Of a stretch of 64,000 bases of DNA, positions 8,261 through 16,330 are shown one piece after another (the first letter of the stretch is position 1; each line of letters starts with the position of its first letter). The DNA lies in the NCBI GenBank assembly GCA_964470515.1, contig CAYYDD010000002.1:3764-67763 (forward strand), written 5' to 3'. A program made the position numbers and the translations under genes. Under the pieces are notes generated by a model, which did no database searches, was not told the origin of the DNA, and saw nothing but the letters and a program-made list of their open reading frames with translations. This DNA comes from an uncultured Eubacteriales bacterium (lineage in GTDB: Bacteria; Bacillota; Clostridia; Oscillospirales; Acutalibacteraceae).

Positions 8261-8647
8261 ATGGGAAATACGTTCCTTACCCCAAACATCGTTGCGAAAG
8301 AGGCACTGATGGTGCTGGAAAGCAACCTGACGATGGCCAACTTGGTCCACCGCGATTTTGACGATGAATTTGCGCAGGTGGGCGACACCATCAGTATCCG
8401 CAAGCCTGCTCGTTTCACGGCAAAGAATTTCACCGGTACAACCGAGGCACAGAATATCACCGAGGGCAGCGTGGCGGTAAAGATGGATCGCTTCCGCGAC
8501 GTTACCGTCAACGTCACTGCTAAGCAGATGACGCTGGACATCAAGGATTTTTCCGAGCAGGTGGTCAAACCCGCTATGTCGGCCATCATGTGCAAACAAA
8601 AGTCGAAAAATCGACGTAAAATGCAAAAGTTTCACCCAAGGGGGTAA
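8261..8647 (+). pseudogene. Major capsid protein (P22-coat-like), 5' fragment only.
   Basis: MGNTFLTPNIVAKEALMVLESNLTMANLVHRDFDDEFAQVGDTISIRKPARF is capsid-like for about 110 codons. It then becomes the basic low-complexity tail CKQKSKNRRKMQKFHPRG and stops. Full-length relatives are 300 aa or more. Confidence 0.6.
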
Positions 8648-8716
8648 ATATTTTTTACCGATATCGTTATATAATGGAGAAGTAAATTATTTCCGCAGAA
8701 AGGATGGCAAAACACA

Positions 8717-9430
8717 ATGAAAGTGATCCGTACAAAAACGTATGAAGAAATGAGCTATGAGGCCGCCAAGTTGCTGGCCGCGCAGATCGTGCTACGGCCG
8801 GACTGTGTTCTGGGGCTGGCCACGGGCTCCACACCCATCGGTACATACGATCAGCTCGTCAAATGGTACGAGGAAGGCAAGCTGGATTTCTCCGCTGTCC
8901 GTTCCGTCAATCTGGACGAATACTGCGGCCTTGACGGTGAAAGTGACCAGAGCTATCGCTGGTTTATGGATCATCACCTGTTCGACCGTGTGAACATTGA
9001 CAAGGCGAACACCAACGTTCCCAACGGCAAGGCGGTCGACCCGGAAGCGGAGGGCGCGCGTTACGATGCGCTCATTGAGTCGCTCGGCGGTGTGGATATT
9101 CAGGTGCTCGGCATCGGCTATGACGGCCACATCGGCTTTAACGAGCCCGGCCCGGCGTTCGTCAAGCCCACGCATATGGTGGATCTGGATCCCAGCACCA
9201 TCCAAGCCAACGCCCGTTTCTTTGCCTCGGAGGACGACGTGCCGCGTCAGGCCATCACGATGGGTATGGGCGGTATTATGTCAGCCCGCAAGGTGTTGCT
9301 GATTGCAAACGGCACCGGCAAAAAGGAGATACTGATGAAGTCGCTGTACGGCCCCATCACGCCCGAGGTTCCCGCCTCGCTGCTACAGTTGCACCCCGAC
9401 CTCACGGTCATCTGCGCCGTAGATGAATAA
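8717..9430 (+). CDS. nagB: Glucosamine-6-phosphate deaminase.
   Basis: GLATGSTP, NLDEY, YDGHIGFNEPG motifs. RBS gaaagga. Confidence 0.9.
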   Translation: MKVIRTKTYEEMSYEAAKLLAAQIVLRPDCVLGLATGSTPIGTYDQLVKWYEEGKLDFSAVRSVNLDEYCGLDGESDQSYRWFMDHHLFDRVNIDKANTNVPNGKAVDPEAEGARYDALIESLGGVDIQVLGIGYDGHIGFNEPGPAFVKPTHMVDLDPSTIQANARFFASEDDVPRQAITMGMGGIMSARKVLLIANGTGKKEILMKSLYGPITPEVPASLLQLHPDLTVICAVDE

Positions 9431-9436
9431 GCAATA

Positions 9437-9470
9437 AAAGATCACCACCCGCACGGGTGGTGATCTTTTT
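9437..9470. terminator. Bidirectional terminator between convergent nagB and tlyA.
   Basis: aaagatcaccaccc-gcac-gggtggtgatcttt, flanked by A and T runs. Confidence 0.8.
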
Positions 9471-10272
9471 ATGGCTGATCGTCCGGTTGCTGTGCGACCA
9501 CCTCGGTGATCAGTGCCGTTAGCACTTCCTTGCTCAGCGGTGCATCTTCGGTAAACCGTGCCAGATATTCCACGTTACCGTTGGTGCCGTGGATGGGGGA
9601 GACGGTCAGCCCCTGCACGTACAGCCCGTTTTCCGCCGCTGACTCAAACAACTTCATCAGCAGCGGCGGCAGATCGGCAGGGTTCTTCAGCACGCCGTTT
9701 TTACCGAGCTGACGCGGCTGTGCCTCAAACTGCGGCTTGATAAGGCAGATACACGCCCCCTCCGGCTTTAATATCGCGCGGATGGCGGGATAGATCTTGG
9801 ATAGGGAAATGAACGACACGTCCGCCGTCACCAGATCGCATACCGTGCCGAGCTGCTCAGCGGTCAGACTTCGGGCGTTGGTGCGCTCCAACACCGTCAC
9901 ACGGGGGTCGTTGCGCAGCTCCCACGCCAGAATACCGTAGGCCACGTCCACCGAAAACACGTGCGCCGCACCGTTCTGCAGCAGGCAATCCGTGAAGCCG
10001 CCGTTGCTCGCGCCGATATCGCATACCGTCAGCCCCTCGGTCGGCTGCGCAAACACCTCCAAGGCCTTGGCCAGCTTGTAGCCGGAACGGCTGGCGTATT
10101 TTTTTGTTTTTTGGGTGAGGGTGAGCACCGTGTCAGCGGGGACGGACATTCCCGGTTTGTCTGCCGGTATGTGCCCGATCCAGATGCGACCGGCCATAAT
10201 CAGCCCGGTCGTTTCCTCCGGCGATAACCCGAATTGCTGCATCGCCAGCGTGTCCAAACGTATGTTTTCCAC
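9469..10272 (-). CDS. tlyA: TlyA-family rRNA 2'-O-methyltransferase.
   Basis: S4-like N-terminus plus SRSGYKL and DIGASNGGFTD SAM motif. Confidence 0.85.
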   Translation of the reverse strand: MENIRLDTLAMQQFGLSPEETTGLIMAGRIWIGHIPADKPGMSVPADTVLTLTQKTKKYASRSGYKLAKALEVFAQPTEGLTVCDIGASNGGFTDCLLQNGAAHVFSVDVAYGILAWELRNDPRVTVLERTNARSLTAEQLGTVCDLVTADVSFISLSKIYPAIRAILKPEGACICLIKPQFEAQPRQLGKNGVLKNPADLPPLLMKLFESAAENGLYVQGLTVSPIHGTNGNVEYLARFTEDAPLSKEVLTALITEVVAQQPDDQP

Positions 10273-10398
10273 AGCGTTCCCTCCGTTTCTGCTTCTATTT
10301 TACGAAAAGAAACGGATACTGTCAAGAAAAAGGACTGGACTTTTGCGGCGAAAAAAGGTAAAATAAACGGGGATGTCTCTTGGAATTGAGGAATAGGT

Positions 10399-10941
10399 AT
10401 GGAAAAATGGGATCTGTATGACCGCCACGGTCGCCCCTTGGGGAAAACGATCAACCGCGGTGCCTGCTTTCGGTGGGGCGAATATCATTTAGTGGCTCAC
10501 GTTTGGGTTGTCAATTCCGCCGGTCGGTTGCTCATTCAGCGCCGATCTTCCAAACGGCGGATGATGCCGAATATCTGGGCGATCACCAGCGGCTCAGCCG
10601 TGTCGGGGGAGGACAGTGCCGCCGCTGCTCGCCGCGAACTGGCGGAGGAGCTGGGTATCTCGCTGCCCGCTGACGCATTTATCTCGCTGGGTCGGTTGGT
10701 TCGTCGCAATTCGTTGTGCGATGTGTACTTGGTAAAGCGTGACGTTGCCGTGCCCGATATGAAGTTGCAAAAAGAAGAAGTGTCACAGGTGCGCTGGGTG
10801 ACCGGCGCACAGCTGTACGGTATGGTGAACGAGCGCCGTTTTCATCACTACGGCGATCCGTATTTCCGCTTTGTAGCCGAAGGCATCCGCCGGGAGACCG
10901 GCGTGCTGCTGTTCGGGGAGGAGGATCCTTATGCTGACTGA
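10399..10941 (+). CDS. NUDIX hydrolase.
   Basis: Nudix box GSAVSGEDSAAAARRELAEELGI. Confidence 0.8.
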   Translation: MEKWDLYDRHGRPLGKTINRGACFRWGEYHLVAHVWVVNSAGRLLIQRRSSKRRMMPNIWAITSGSAVSGEDSAAAARRELAEELGISLPADAFISLGRLVRRNSLCDVYLVKRDVAVPDMKLQKEEVSQVRWVTGAQLYGMVNERRFHHYGDPYFRFVAEGIRRETGVLLFGEEDPYAD

Positions 10942-12097
10942 CCTTCTGATCTGCCGCTTCGTGCGGGATGCAGACAATATCCACGATCCCCGTGTGCGCG
11001 GTGCCTATGGTAAGCTCGCAGGCACGGCAGGTATCGCGGCCAACGTACTCTTGTTTCTCGGCAAGCTGCTTGCAGGCGCTTTGTCCGGCAGTGTGGCAGT
11101 GATCGCCGATGCATTCAACAATTTGTCGGATGCCGGCTCCTCCGTTGTTACGCTGGTGGGCTTTCGTTTGTCCGCCGCCCCGCCGGATAAGGAGCATCCG
11201 TTCGGCCACGGCCGCGTGGAATATCTGTCGGCACTCACCGTTGCCGCGCTGATTATGCTGGCCGGTGTGGAACTGGCCTCCTCCGCCGTCGGTAAGATCA
11301 TCACCCCCGATCCCGCGTCGTTTTCGTGGCTGTCTGCCTCCATTTTGGCAGGCTCCATCGCCGTAAAAGCGTGGATGGCTTGCTTTAACCGTGCCATCAG
11401 CAAACGGATCCGTTCGGACGCACTGGCCGCCTCCGCGACTGACAGCCGCAACGATGTCATCTGCACCGGCGTGGTGCTGCTGTCCTCGCTGTTTACGCTG
11501 GTCACCGGTATCAATATCGACGGCTGGGTCGGCGTTGCGGTCGCGTTGTTCGTCATCTGGTCGGGCTTTTCCGTCGTGCGGGAGACCATCTCGCCGCTAC
11601 TCGGCGAAGCCCCTGACCCCGAGCTGGTCAACGGGATCCGCGAGCGTGTGCTGGCGCAGGAGGGTATCATCGGTATCCACGACCTTATCGTCCATAACTA
11701 CGGCCCCGGCCGCTGTATCGTATCCTTGCACGCCGAGGTGCCGAGCAACGGCGATATCCTCAAAAGCCACGAGATCGTGGACGCGGTGGAGCGCCGTCTG
11801 GCCGAGGAGCTGAACGTTGTCGCGTGTATTCATATGGATCCGGTAGACACGGGCGACGAGCGCGTCAGTACGCTACGTGTGCTCACAGAGACTATTTTGC
11901 AGGATATCGACCCGTCGCTCACGCTGCACGACTTTCGCGTCGTGTTCGGTGAGCAACGCAGCAACGTGATCTTTGATGTGGTCGTTCCTTTTGCTATCAA
12001 GGATGTCGCCGCCCTCCAGCCGGAGATCGAGCGGCGGTTGCAGATCGTTGATCCGCGTTTGTACGCGGTGGTGACCATCGACCGGGAGTGGAGCTGA
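10931..12097 (+). CDS. Cation diffusion facilitator family transporter.
   Basis: Six TM segments, a SDAGSS-type motif and a C-terminal cytoplasmic domain (IHDLIVHNYGPGR). RBS ggagga. Confidence 0.8.
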   Translation: MLTDLLICRFVRDADNIHDPRVRGAYGKLAGTAGIAANVLLFLGKLLAGALSGSVAVIADAFNNLSDAGSSVVTLVGFRLSAAPPDKEHPFGHGRVEYLSALTVAALIMLAGVELASSAVGKIITPDPASFSWLSASILAGSIAVKAWMACFNRAISKRIRSDALAASATDSRNDVICTGVVLLSSLFTLVTGINIDGWVGVAVALFVIWSGFSVVRETISPLLGEAPDPELVNGIRERVLAQEGIIGIHDLIVHNYGPGRCIVSLHAEVPSNGDILKSHEIVDAVERRLAEELNVVACIHMDPVDTGDERVSTLRVLTETILQDIDPSLTLHDFRVVFGEQRSNVIFDVVVPFAIKDVAALQPEIERRLQIVDPRLYAVVTIDREWS

Positions 12098-12103
12098 GGT
12101 TTT

Positions 12104-12997
12104 ATGGCAGGCTACGTCATCTATAACGGATTTTGGAACGCGGTCCCGCCCGATCCCGCACAGCGGATGGTCACGGCAGCCGCGGCCCACGGTGTCACAC
12201 TGTCGGTTTGTCCGAACACCTCGTTCGTGACGTCGGTCGCCCCGCTGTGCGTGAATGCGCCGGACGGTGCTACGCTGTCCTCGGCCGATTACGTGCTGTT
12301 CTGGGATAAGGATACCCGCCTTGCCAAAACGCTGGAAAGCGCCGGCGTGCGGGTGTATAACCCCGCCCACGCTATTGAAATTTGTGACGATAAAAGCGAG
12401 ACCCACCGTATTCTGGCGGCTGCGGGTATCCCGCAGCCGGAAACGCTGCTCGCCCCGATGACCTATACCGAGATCACCGCCCCTGTGGAAGCGTTTCTGG
12501 AATCGGGCGCACAGCGCCTTGGCTTCCCGCTGGTGGTCAAGGAATGTTACGGCTCGTTCGGCGATCAGGTGTCGCTGGCACACGATATGGACGAGTTGCG
12601 TACAAAAGCCTACGCAATGGATTCCCGCCCCTTTATGCTGCAGCACTTTATCCACGAGGCGGCGGGCGAGGATGTGCGTCTGTACGTGGTGGGTGGCCGC
12701 GTGGCCGCCGCGATGCGCCGCTGGTCGGATGGCACGGATTTCCGCGCCAATCTGCGGCAGGGCGGCTCGGCTGTGCCGTATACGCCCACGCCTGCAGAGG
12801 AGGAGCTTGCGTTGCGCTGCTGCCGTGAACTGGGTTTGTGCTTCGGCGGTGTCGATCTGTTGCACACGGCAGACGGCGTGGTGGTATGTGAAGTCAATTC
12901 CAACGCCCATTTAGCGGGCATTATCGCCTGCACCGGCATAGACGTGGCGGATGTCATCGTCTCGTGGGTGCTGGAACAAGAAAGAAAGGAACGGTGA
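12104..12997 (+). CDS. RimK-type ATP-grasp ligase.
   Basis: DDKSETHRILAAAGIPQP, FPLVVKECYGSFG, DFRANLRQGG. Confidence 0.7.
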   Translation: MAGYVIYNGFWNAVPPDPAQRMVTAAAAHGVTLSVCPNTSFVTSVAPLCVNAPDGATLSSADYVLFWDKDTRLAKTLESAGVRVYNPAHAIEICDDKSETHRILAAAGIPQPETLLAPMTYTEITAPVEAFLESGAQRLGFPLVVKECYGSFGDQVSLAHDMDELRTKAYAMDSRPFMLQHFIHEAAGEDVRLYVVGGRVAAAMRRWSDGTDFRANLRQGGSAVPYTPTPAEEELALRCCRELGLCFGGVDLLHTADGVVVCEVNSNAHLAGIIACTGIDVADVIVSWVLEQERKER

Positions 12998-13001
12998 CCC
13001 G

Positions 13002-13598
13002 ATGGACGAAATGAAGGCTGTATTTGCCGCTAACCTCATCCACCTGCGTACGCAGGCGGGGTTGACTCAGGCCGAGCTGGCGGAGAAGATACATTATTCC
13101 GATAAATCCGTGTCCAAATGGGAACGCGCGGAATCGCTGCCCGACCTGCAGGTCGCGCAGGAGCTGGCGCAGGTGTTCGGCGTTACGGTGGATTTCCTTA
13201 TCACGCCCCACGACGCGTGGGAGGGCAAACCCGTACGCGTGCCGTACCGCACCGAGGTCATCACCTCGCTGTCCATTGTCGGTATCTGGACGTTGGCACT
13301 GCTCGTATTCCTCGTTTTGTTCTGGATATTTGAAAAGCTGTTCTGGGTCGTGTTTCTGGTCGCCGTCCCGGTGTCGCTCATCACATTGCTGGTGCTCAAC
13401 AGCGTGTGGGGCAAGTATAAGTATCATCCCTACGTCGTGTCGATGCTGCTGCTCGGCGTGTTCGTGTTGTTATATTATATTCTGCACGCCTACGTTCACC
13501 TCCACCATCCGTGGGGTCTGGCGTTCCTGTGGCTGCCGGCGCAGATCATCGTCGCGCTCAGCTTTTGTATCCGTCGCCGTAACAAGGACGAAACGTAA
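13002..13598 (+). CDS. XRE-family HTH protein with C-terminal membrane domain.
   Basis: The start is moved to MDEMKAV (RBS gaaagga; the upstream gene ends at 12997). HTH LTQAELAEKIHYSDKSVSKWE, followed by 4 TM helices. Confidence 0.75.
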   Translation: MDEMKAVFAANLIHLRTQAGLTQAELAEKIHYSDKSVSKWERAESLPDLQVAQELAQVFGVTVDFLITPHDAWEGKPVRVPYRTEVITSLSIVGIWTLALLVFLVLFWIFEKLFWVVFLVAVPVSLITLLVLNSVWGKYKYHPYVVSMLLLGVFVLLYYILHAYVHLHHPWGLAFLWLPAQIIVALSFCIRRRNKDET

Positions 13599-13735
13599 GA
13601 AGCTCCGTTCTTGCGAACGGCTGTTTTCACATCGCGTAGCCGTCAAAAACCGATGAAGTAACAGCGGAACGACCACGCCGTCTTTTGGAATACCAATAAA
13701 TTTTGAGGATTTATGGTTGTTTTTTGATTTTCCAC

Positions 13736-13763
13736 TTGACATTCCTCCGGATTTTGTTATAAT
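13736..13763 (+). promoter_or_regulatory. Near-consensus sigma-A promoter of tRNA-Pro.
   Basis: TTGACA (13736-41), 16-nt spacer, TATAAT (13758-63), 20 nt upstream of the tRNA. Confidence 0.75.
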
Positions 13764-13783
13764 AGTTGTCACAGCTGAAAAAT

Positions 13784-13860
13784 CCGGGTGTAGCGCAGAT
13801 TGGTAGCGCGCTTGAATGGGGTTCAAGAGGCCGCAGGTTCGACTCCTGTCACTCGGACCA
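13784..13860 (+). tRNA. tRNA-Pro (anticodon GGG), with encoded CCA.
   Basis: Manual cloverleaf: acceptor CCGGGTG/CACTCGG (one G-T pair), U8, D stem GCGC/GCGC, anticodon stem CTTGA/TCAAG with loop A-T-GGG-G-T, T arm GCAGG-TTCGACT-CCTGT, discriminator A, CCA. Total 77 nt. Confidence 0.9.
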
Positions 13861-13865
13861 TATTA

Positions 13866-13900
13866 GCACGATGGTTTTGATACGAAACCATTGTGCTTTT
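13866..13900 (+). terminator. Rho-independent terminator of the tRNA.
   Basis: gcacgatggttt-tgatac-gaaaccattgtgc (12 bp stem, one G-T pair) followed by tttt. Confidence 0.8.
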
Positions 13901-13956
13901 CTATGTTCAAAAAGCCTTGTGTTGCAAGACTTTTTGCTACTTCTACAATAGCATTA

Positions 13957-14130
13957 GTTTCATTGTATCAAAGCAGCCTGCATGAAAGTCCGAGTTAGAG
14001 GACTTAATCCTCCCATTTTTCTATGTACAAACATTGCAATGAAACTTTTATTTTGGATTAGTTTCGTTGTGGTGAGAAAAGTTTCATCGTGACTGAAATA
14101 GTATCATTGTGCCATGTATATGTTTCATTG
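13957..14130 (+). repeat. Left array of the GTTTCATTG-type motif (6 copies).
   Basis: gtttcattg at 13957; caatgaaac (inverted) at 14037; gtttcgttg at 14061; gtttcatcg at 14081; gtatcattg at 14101; gtttcattg at 14122. The last four are spaced 20/20/21 bp. Confidence 0.8.
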
Positions 14131-14136
14131 ATAAAT

Positions 14137-14176
14137 AAAAAGGACTTCCAATACGGTGATTAGTATTGGAAGTCCT
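14137..14176 (-). terminator. Terminator of the restriction endonuclease gene.
   Basis: aggacttccaatac-ggtgatta-gtattggaagtcct (14 bp perfect stem), with a T run on the minus strand. Confidence 0.85.
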
Positions 14177-14181
14177 AAATA

Positions 14182-14808
14182 TTAGTCTAAATATTTTTTG
14201 AGATACGCATTAAAATGGTGTATCAATTCTTCATTTCCCATTTGTGGACGCCACATAAAGAAATTTTTGTCATATGTATCGAACCAAAATGCAATTTCAC
14301 GGTTTCGCTTCGGATCTCTCGTGATATCACCTTCAAGAACAACCCAAAAAGGAAGAACTTCCGTATCAGTTATACCGCTTGCCTCGCGATACTTTTTTAT
14401 CAATCCCGGAGTGAACAGCTTGCACATTCTTTCGTGCGCATTTCCTCTGCCTGCACTTGGGTCTTTTCCTTCGACCCATCCATCTTGGCGTTTAATTTCT
14501 CCGAATAAAATTTTACCCGTTCTTGTATTTTGAATCGAAAAGTCGGGAGAGACACCCCAACCACGACTCCTGGCGGTTTCCATAGTTCTTTCATCAGGAC
14601 AAAAAATTTGTGCGAGCGTTTCCTCACTTAATACCACACTCTCATAGATGTGCTTTAAGTCTGTGGGATGGTCATTGATAACATACTCTGTCCCCACGAA
14701 CGCTGCTCGGAATGCCTGTAACAAGTTCTTCTCGGCAGTTCCCGCAAGGCCTCCAGGACCAGACTCCGTCTGCCAATTATCACGTTTGCTGAGTTCTGCT
14801 TTTGCCAT
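14182..14808 (-). CDS. Type II restriction endonuclease, PD-(D/E)XK, MunI/EcoRI-like.
   Basis: The catalytic pattern SPDFSI..(13 aa)..GEIKRQ is PD...E-I-K as in R.MunI. Its size (208 aa) is close to the roughly 200 aa of R.MunI. It follows a C protein and faces an MT-A70 methyltransferase, which is the munI locus layout as I remember it. Confidence 0.65.
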   Translation of the reverse strand: MAKAELSKRDNWQTESGPGGLAGTAEKNLLQAFRAAFVGTEYVINDHPTDLKHIYESVVLSEETLAQIFCPDERTMETARSRGWGVSPDFSIQNTRTGKILFGEIKRQDGWVEGKDPSAGRGNAHERMCKLFTPGLIKKYREASGITDTEVLPFWVVLEGDITRDPKRNREIAFWFDTYDKNFFMWRPQMGNEELIHHFNAYLKKYLD

Positions 14809-14819
14809 GATATTTACAC

Positions 14820-15026
14820 CTACAGCTCTCTAAATAATTCTTCGAGTGATATATCTAAACCTTTTGCGATTTTTTCGATATTCACTATTGAGATGTTTCT
14901 TTTGCCATTCTCTACGGAAGCATAGTATGTTCTATCCATATCAATCGAAATGGCAAATTTTTCTTGACTAAGTCCTTTGCTTAGTCGTAATTGTTTAATT
15001 CTTTCGCCAAATCTAACCGTTATCAT
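14820..15026 (-). CDS. R-M controller (C) protein, XRE-type HTH, 68 aa.
   Basis: The start is moved to MITVRFGERIKQLR (RBS ggggggaaag). HTH LSQEKFAISIDMDRTYYASVENGKRNIS is typical of C proteins. It lies 12 nt upstream of the endonuclease gene. Confidence 0.75.
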   Translation of the reverse strand: MITVRFGERIKQLRLSKGLSQEKFAISIDMDRTYYASVENGKRNISIVNIEKIAKGLDISLEELFREL

Positions 15027-15157
15027 TACTTTCCCCCCTATACAACAATATTCTACAGCAACTGATGCCAATAAGACAACGGACTATAAGCAACATTTGT
15101 GTTGACTTTCATACATGGTGGGTGTATAATAATAAAAAAATAAAAGGATTTACCGAA
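15027..15157. promoter_or_regulatory. Divergent promoter/operator region of the R-M cassette.
   Basis: Plus strand: TTGACT (15102-07), 17-nt spacer, TATAAT (15125-30) for the methyltransferase. Minus strand: TTGTCT, 18-nt spacer, TAGAAT for the C and R genes. The inverted repeat CAACA-tttg-TGTTG (15091-15104) overlaps the -35 of the methylase promoter. Confidence 0.5.
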
Positions 15158-15847
15158 ATGAGAGAAAATAAAGACATAACCGCATACTCCTTGTATAGCG
15201 TACAAGCAAGGCAGAGAACAAAGGTCAATCCATTAGAGGATGTGTACCCGCCTTTACCAGACAAAAAATATCAAGTGATATATGCTGACCCACCATGGGA
15301 TTATGGTGGAAAAATGCAATTTGATAAAACAACCATCAAGGATGAGAATGTCGGTTTTGAGAAAAAGATTTTCCTCAGTTCTGCTACCTTCAAATATCCC
15401 ACCCTCAAACTCAAACAACTAAAAGAGTTAGATGTTGCTTCGATTGCGGCAGATGATTGTTTGCTGTTTATGTGGACTACTGGCCCTCAAATGAGCAACG
15501 CTATCGAATTAGGAACAGCATGGGGGTTTGAGTATAAAACGGTCGCTTTTGTGTGGGATAAAATGGTTCACAATCCTGGTAGATACACATTAAGTCAAAC
15601 AGAGTTTGTACTTGCCTTTAAGAAGGGTAAGTTCCCTCAACCCAGAGGAGCAAGAAATGTGCGACAAATGGTACAGGTCCATCGCGGCGCACATAGCGTT
15701 AAGCCTATCGAAGTGATTGCTGGAATTACTAAAATGTTCCCCGAACAAGGAAAAATTGAATTGTTTGCAAGAAACAACTATGTGGGCTGGGATAACTGGG
15801 GTCTTGAAATTCCCGATAGTAAAATCGATATTAAAACTGGTATATAA
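15158..15847 (+). CDS. MT-A70 family N6-adenine DNA methyltransferase (M.MunI-like).
   Basis: The DPPW motif (VIYADPPWDYGG) is followed by CLLFMWTT. The start is moved to MRENKD (RBS aaagga). Confidence 0.8.
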   Translation: MRENKDITAYSLYSVQARQRTKVNPLEDVYPPLPDKKYQVIYADPPWDYGGKMQFDKTTIKDENVGFEKKIFLSSATFKYPTLKLKQLKELDVASIAADDCLLFMWTTGPQMSNAIELGTAWGFEYKTVAFVWDKMVHNPGRYTLSQTEFVLAFKKGKFPQPRGARNVRQMVQVHRGAHSVKPIEVIAGITKMFPEQGKIELFARNNYVGWDNWGLEIPDSKIDIKTGI

Positions 15848-15873
15848 AATCTAATTGGTCTTGTTCATAAGGA

Positions 15874-15943
15874 GGTTTCACTTTCCGTGCTATGGTTTCA
15901 TTTTCAAGTGAAACCTTTTGAAACCATATGAAACCGTATCATT
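15874..15943 (+). repeat. Right array of the GGTTTCA/TGAAACC motif (5 copies plus a gtatcatt variant).
   Basis: ggtttca at 15874 and 15894 (20 bp apart). tgaaacc at 15909, 15919 and 15929 (10 bp apart, inverted). gtatcatt at 15936. Confidence 0.8.
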
Positions 15944-16050
15944 ATTATCAAAATAATTCAAGTAAAGATAATCCGAACGCAATCTTCCAAAATGGAGACG
16001 TGTTCGGATTTTCCGTTTCTATTGATAATATTCTTTAATGCACATAAAAA

Positions 16051-16077
16051 CTGCGCTCAACTGGAGCGCGGTTTTTT
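16051..16077 (+). terminator. Rho-independent terminator in the island with no intact gene directly upstream.
   Basis: ctgcgctc-aactg-gagcgcgg followed by tttttt. Confidence 0.65.
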
Positions 16078-16163
16078 GCGTGGTTTTGAGATTTGTATGA
16101 TATAGTATTGTTAAAATCAGATTGGGCGGTACCGGTATAGTTGTTGCAATTCATCCAAAAGCA

Positions 16164-16239
16164 TTGAATTTAACAAAAAATGCTGTATAATTAAAAAACA
16201 GGTTGTCATTTTTTCTGTCAAAAGGTGTACCTTTTGACA
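16164..16239 (+). promoter_or_regulatory. Orphan promoter plus perfect palindrome.
   Basis: TTGAAT (16164-69), 16-nt spacer, TATAAT (16186-91). Then TGTCAAAAGG-tgta-CCTTTTGACA (16216-16239). Only a 24-codon ORF follows (16249..16323, MVNSKKLREKTVMPLTENQAAQIA). Confidence 0.45.
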
Positions 16240-16330
16240 AGGCCATTCATGGTTAATTCTAAAAAACTGCGAGAGAAAACCGTGATGCCCTTAACGGAGA
16301 ATCAAGCAGCTCAAATTGCATAAAGTTCCA

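Larger units (their letters stand above)
1..8600 (+). mobile_element. Prophage remnant holding part of the head-morphogenesis module. The left end lies outside the window. The right end is a deletion junction inside the capsid gene.
   Basis: Gene order matches SPP1-like head modules: giant multi-domain protein, small ORF, GP20-like scaffolding protein, P22-coat-like capsid N-terminus. The capsid ORF loses family-like sequence after about 110 codons and runs into the nagB promoter region. Confidence 0.7.
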
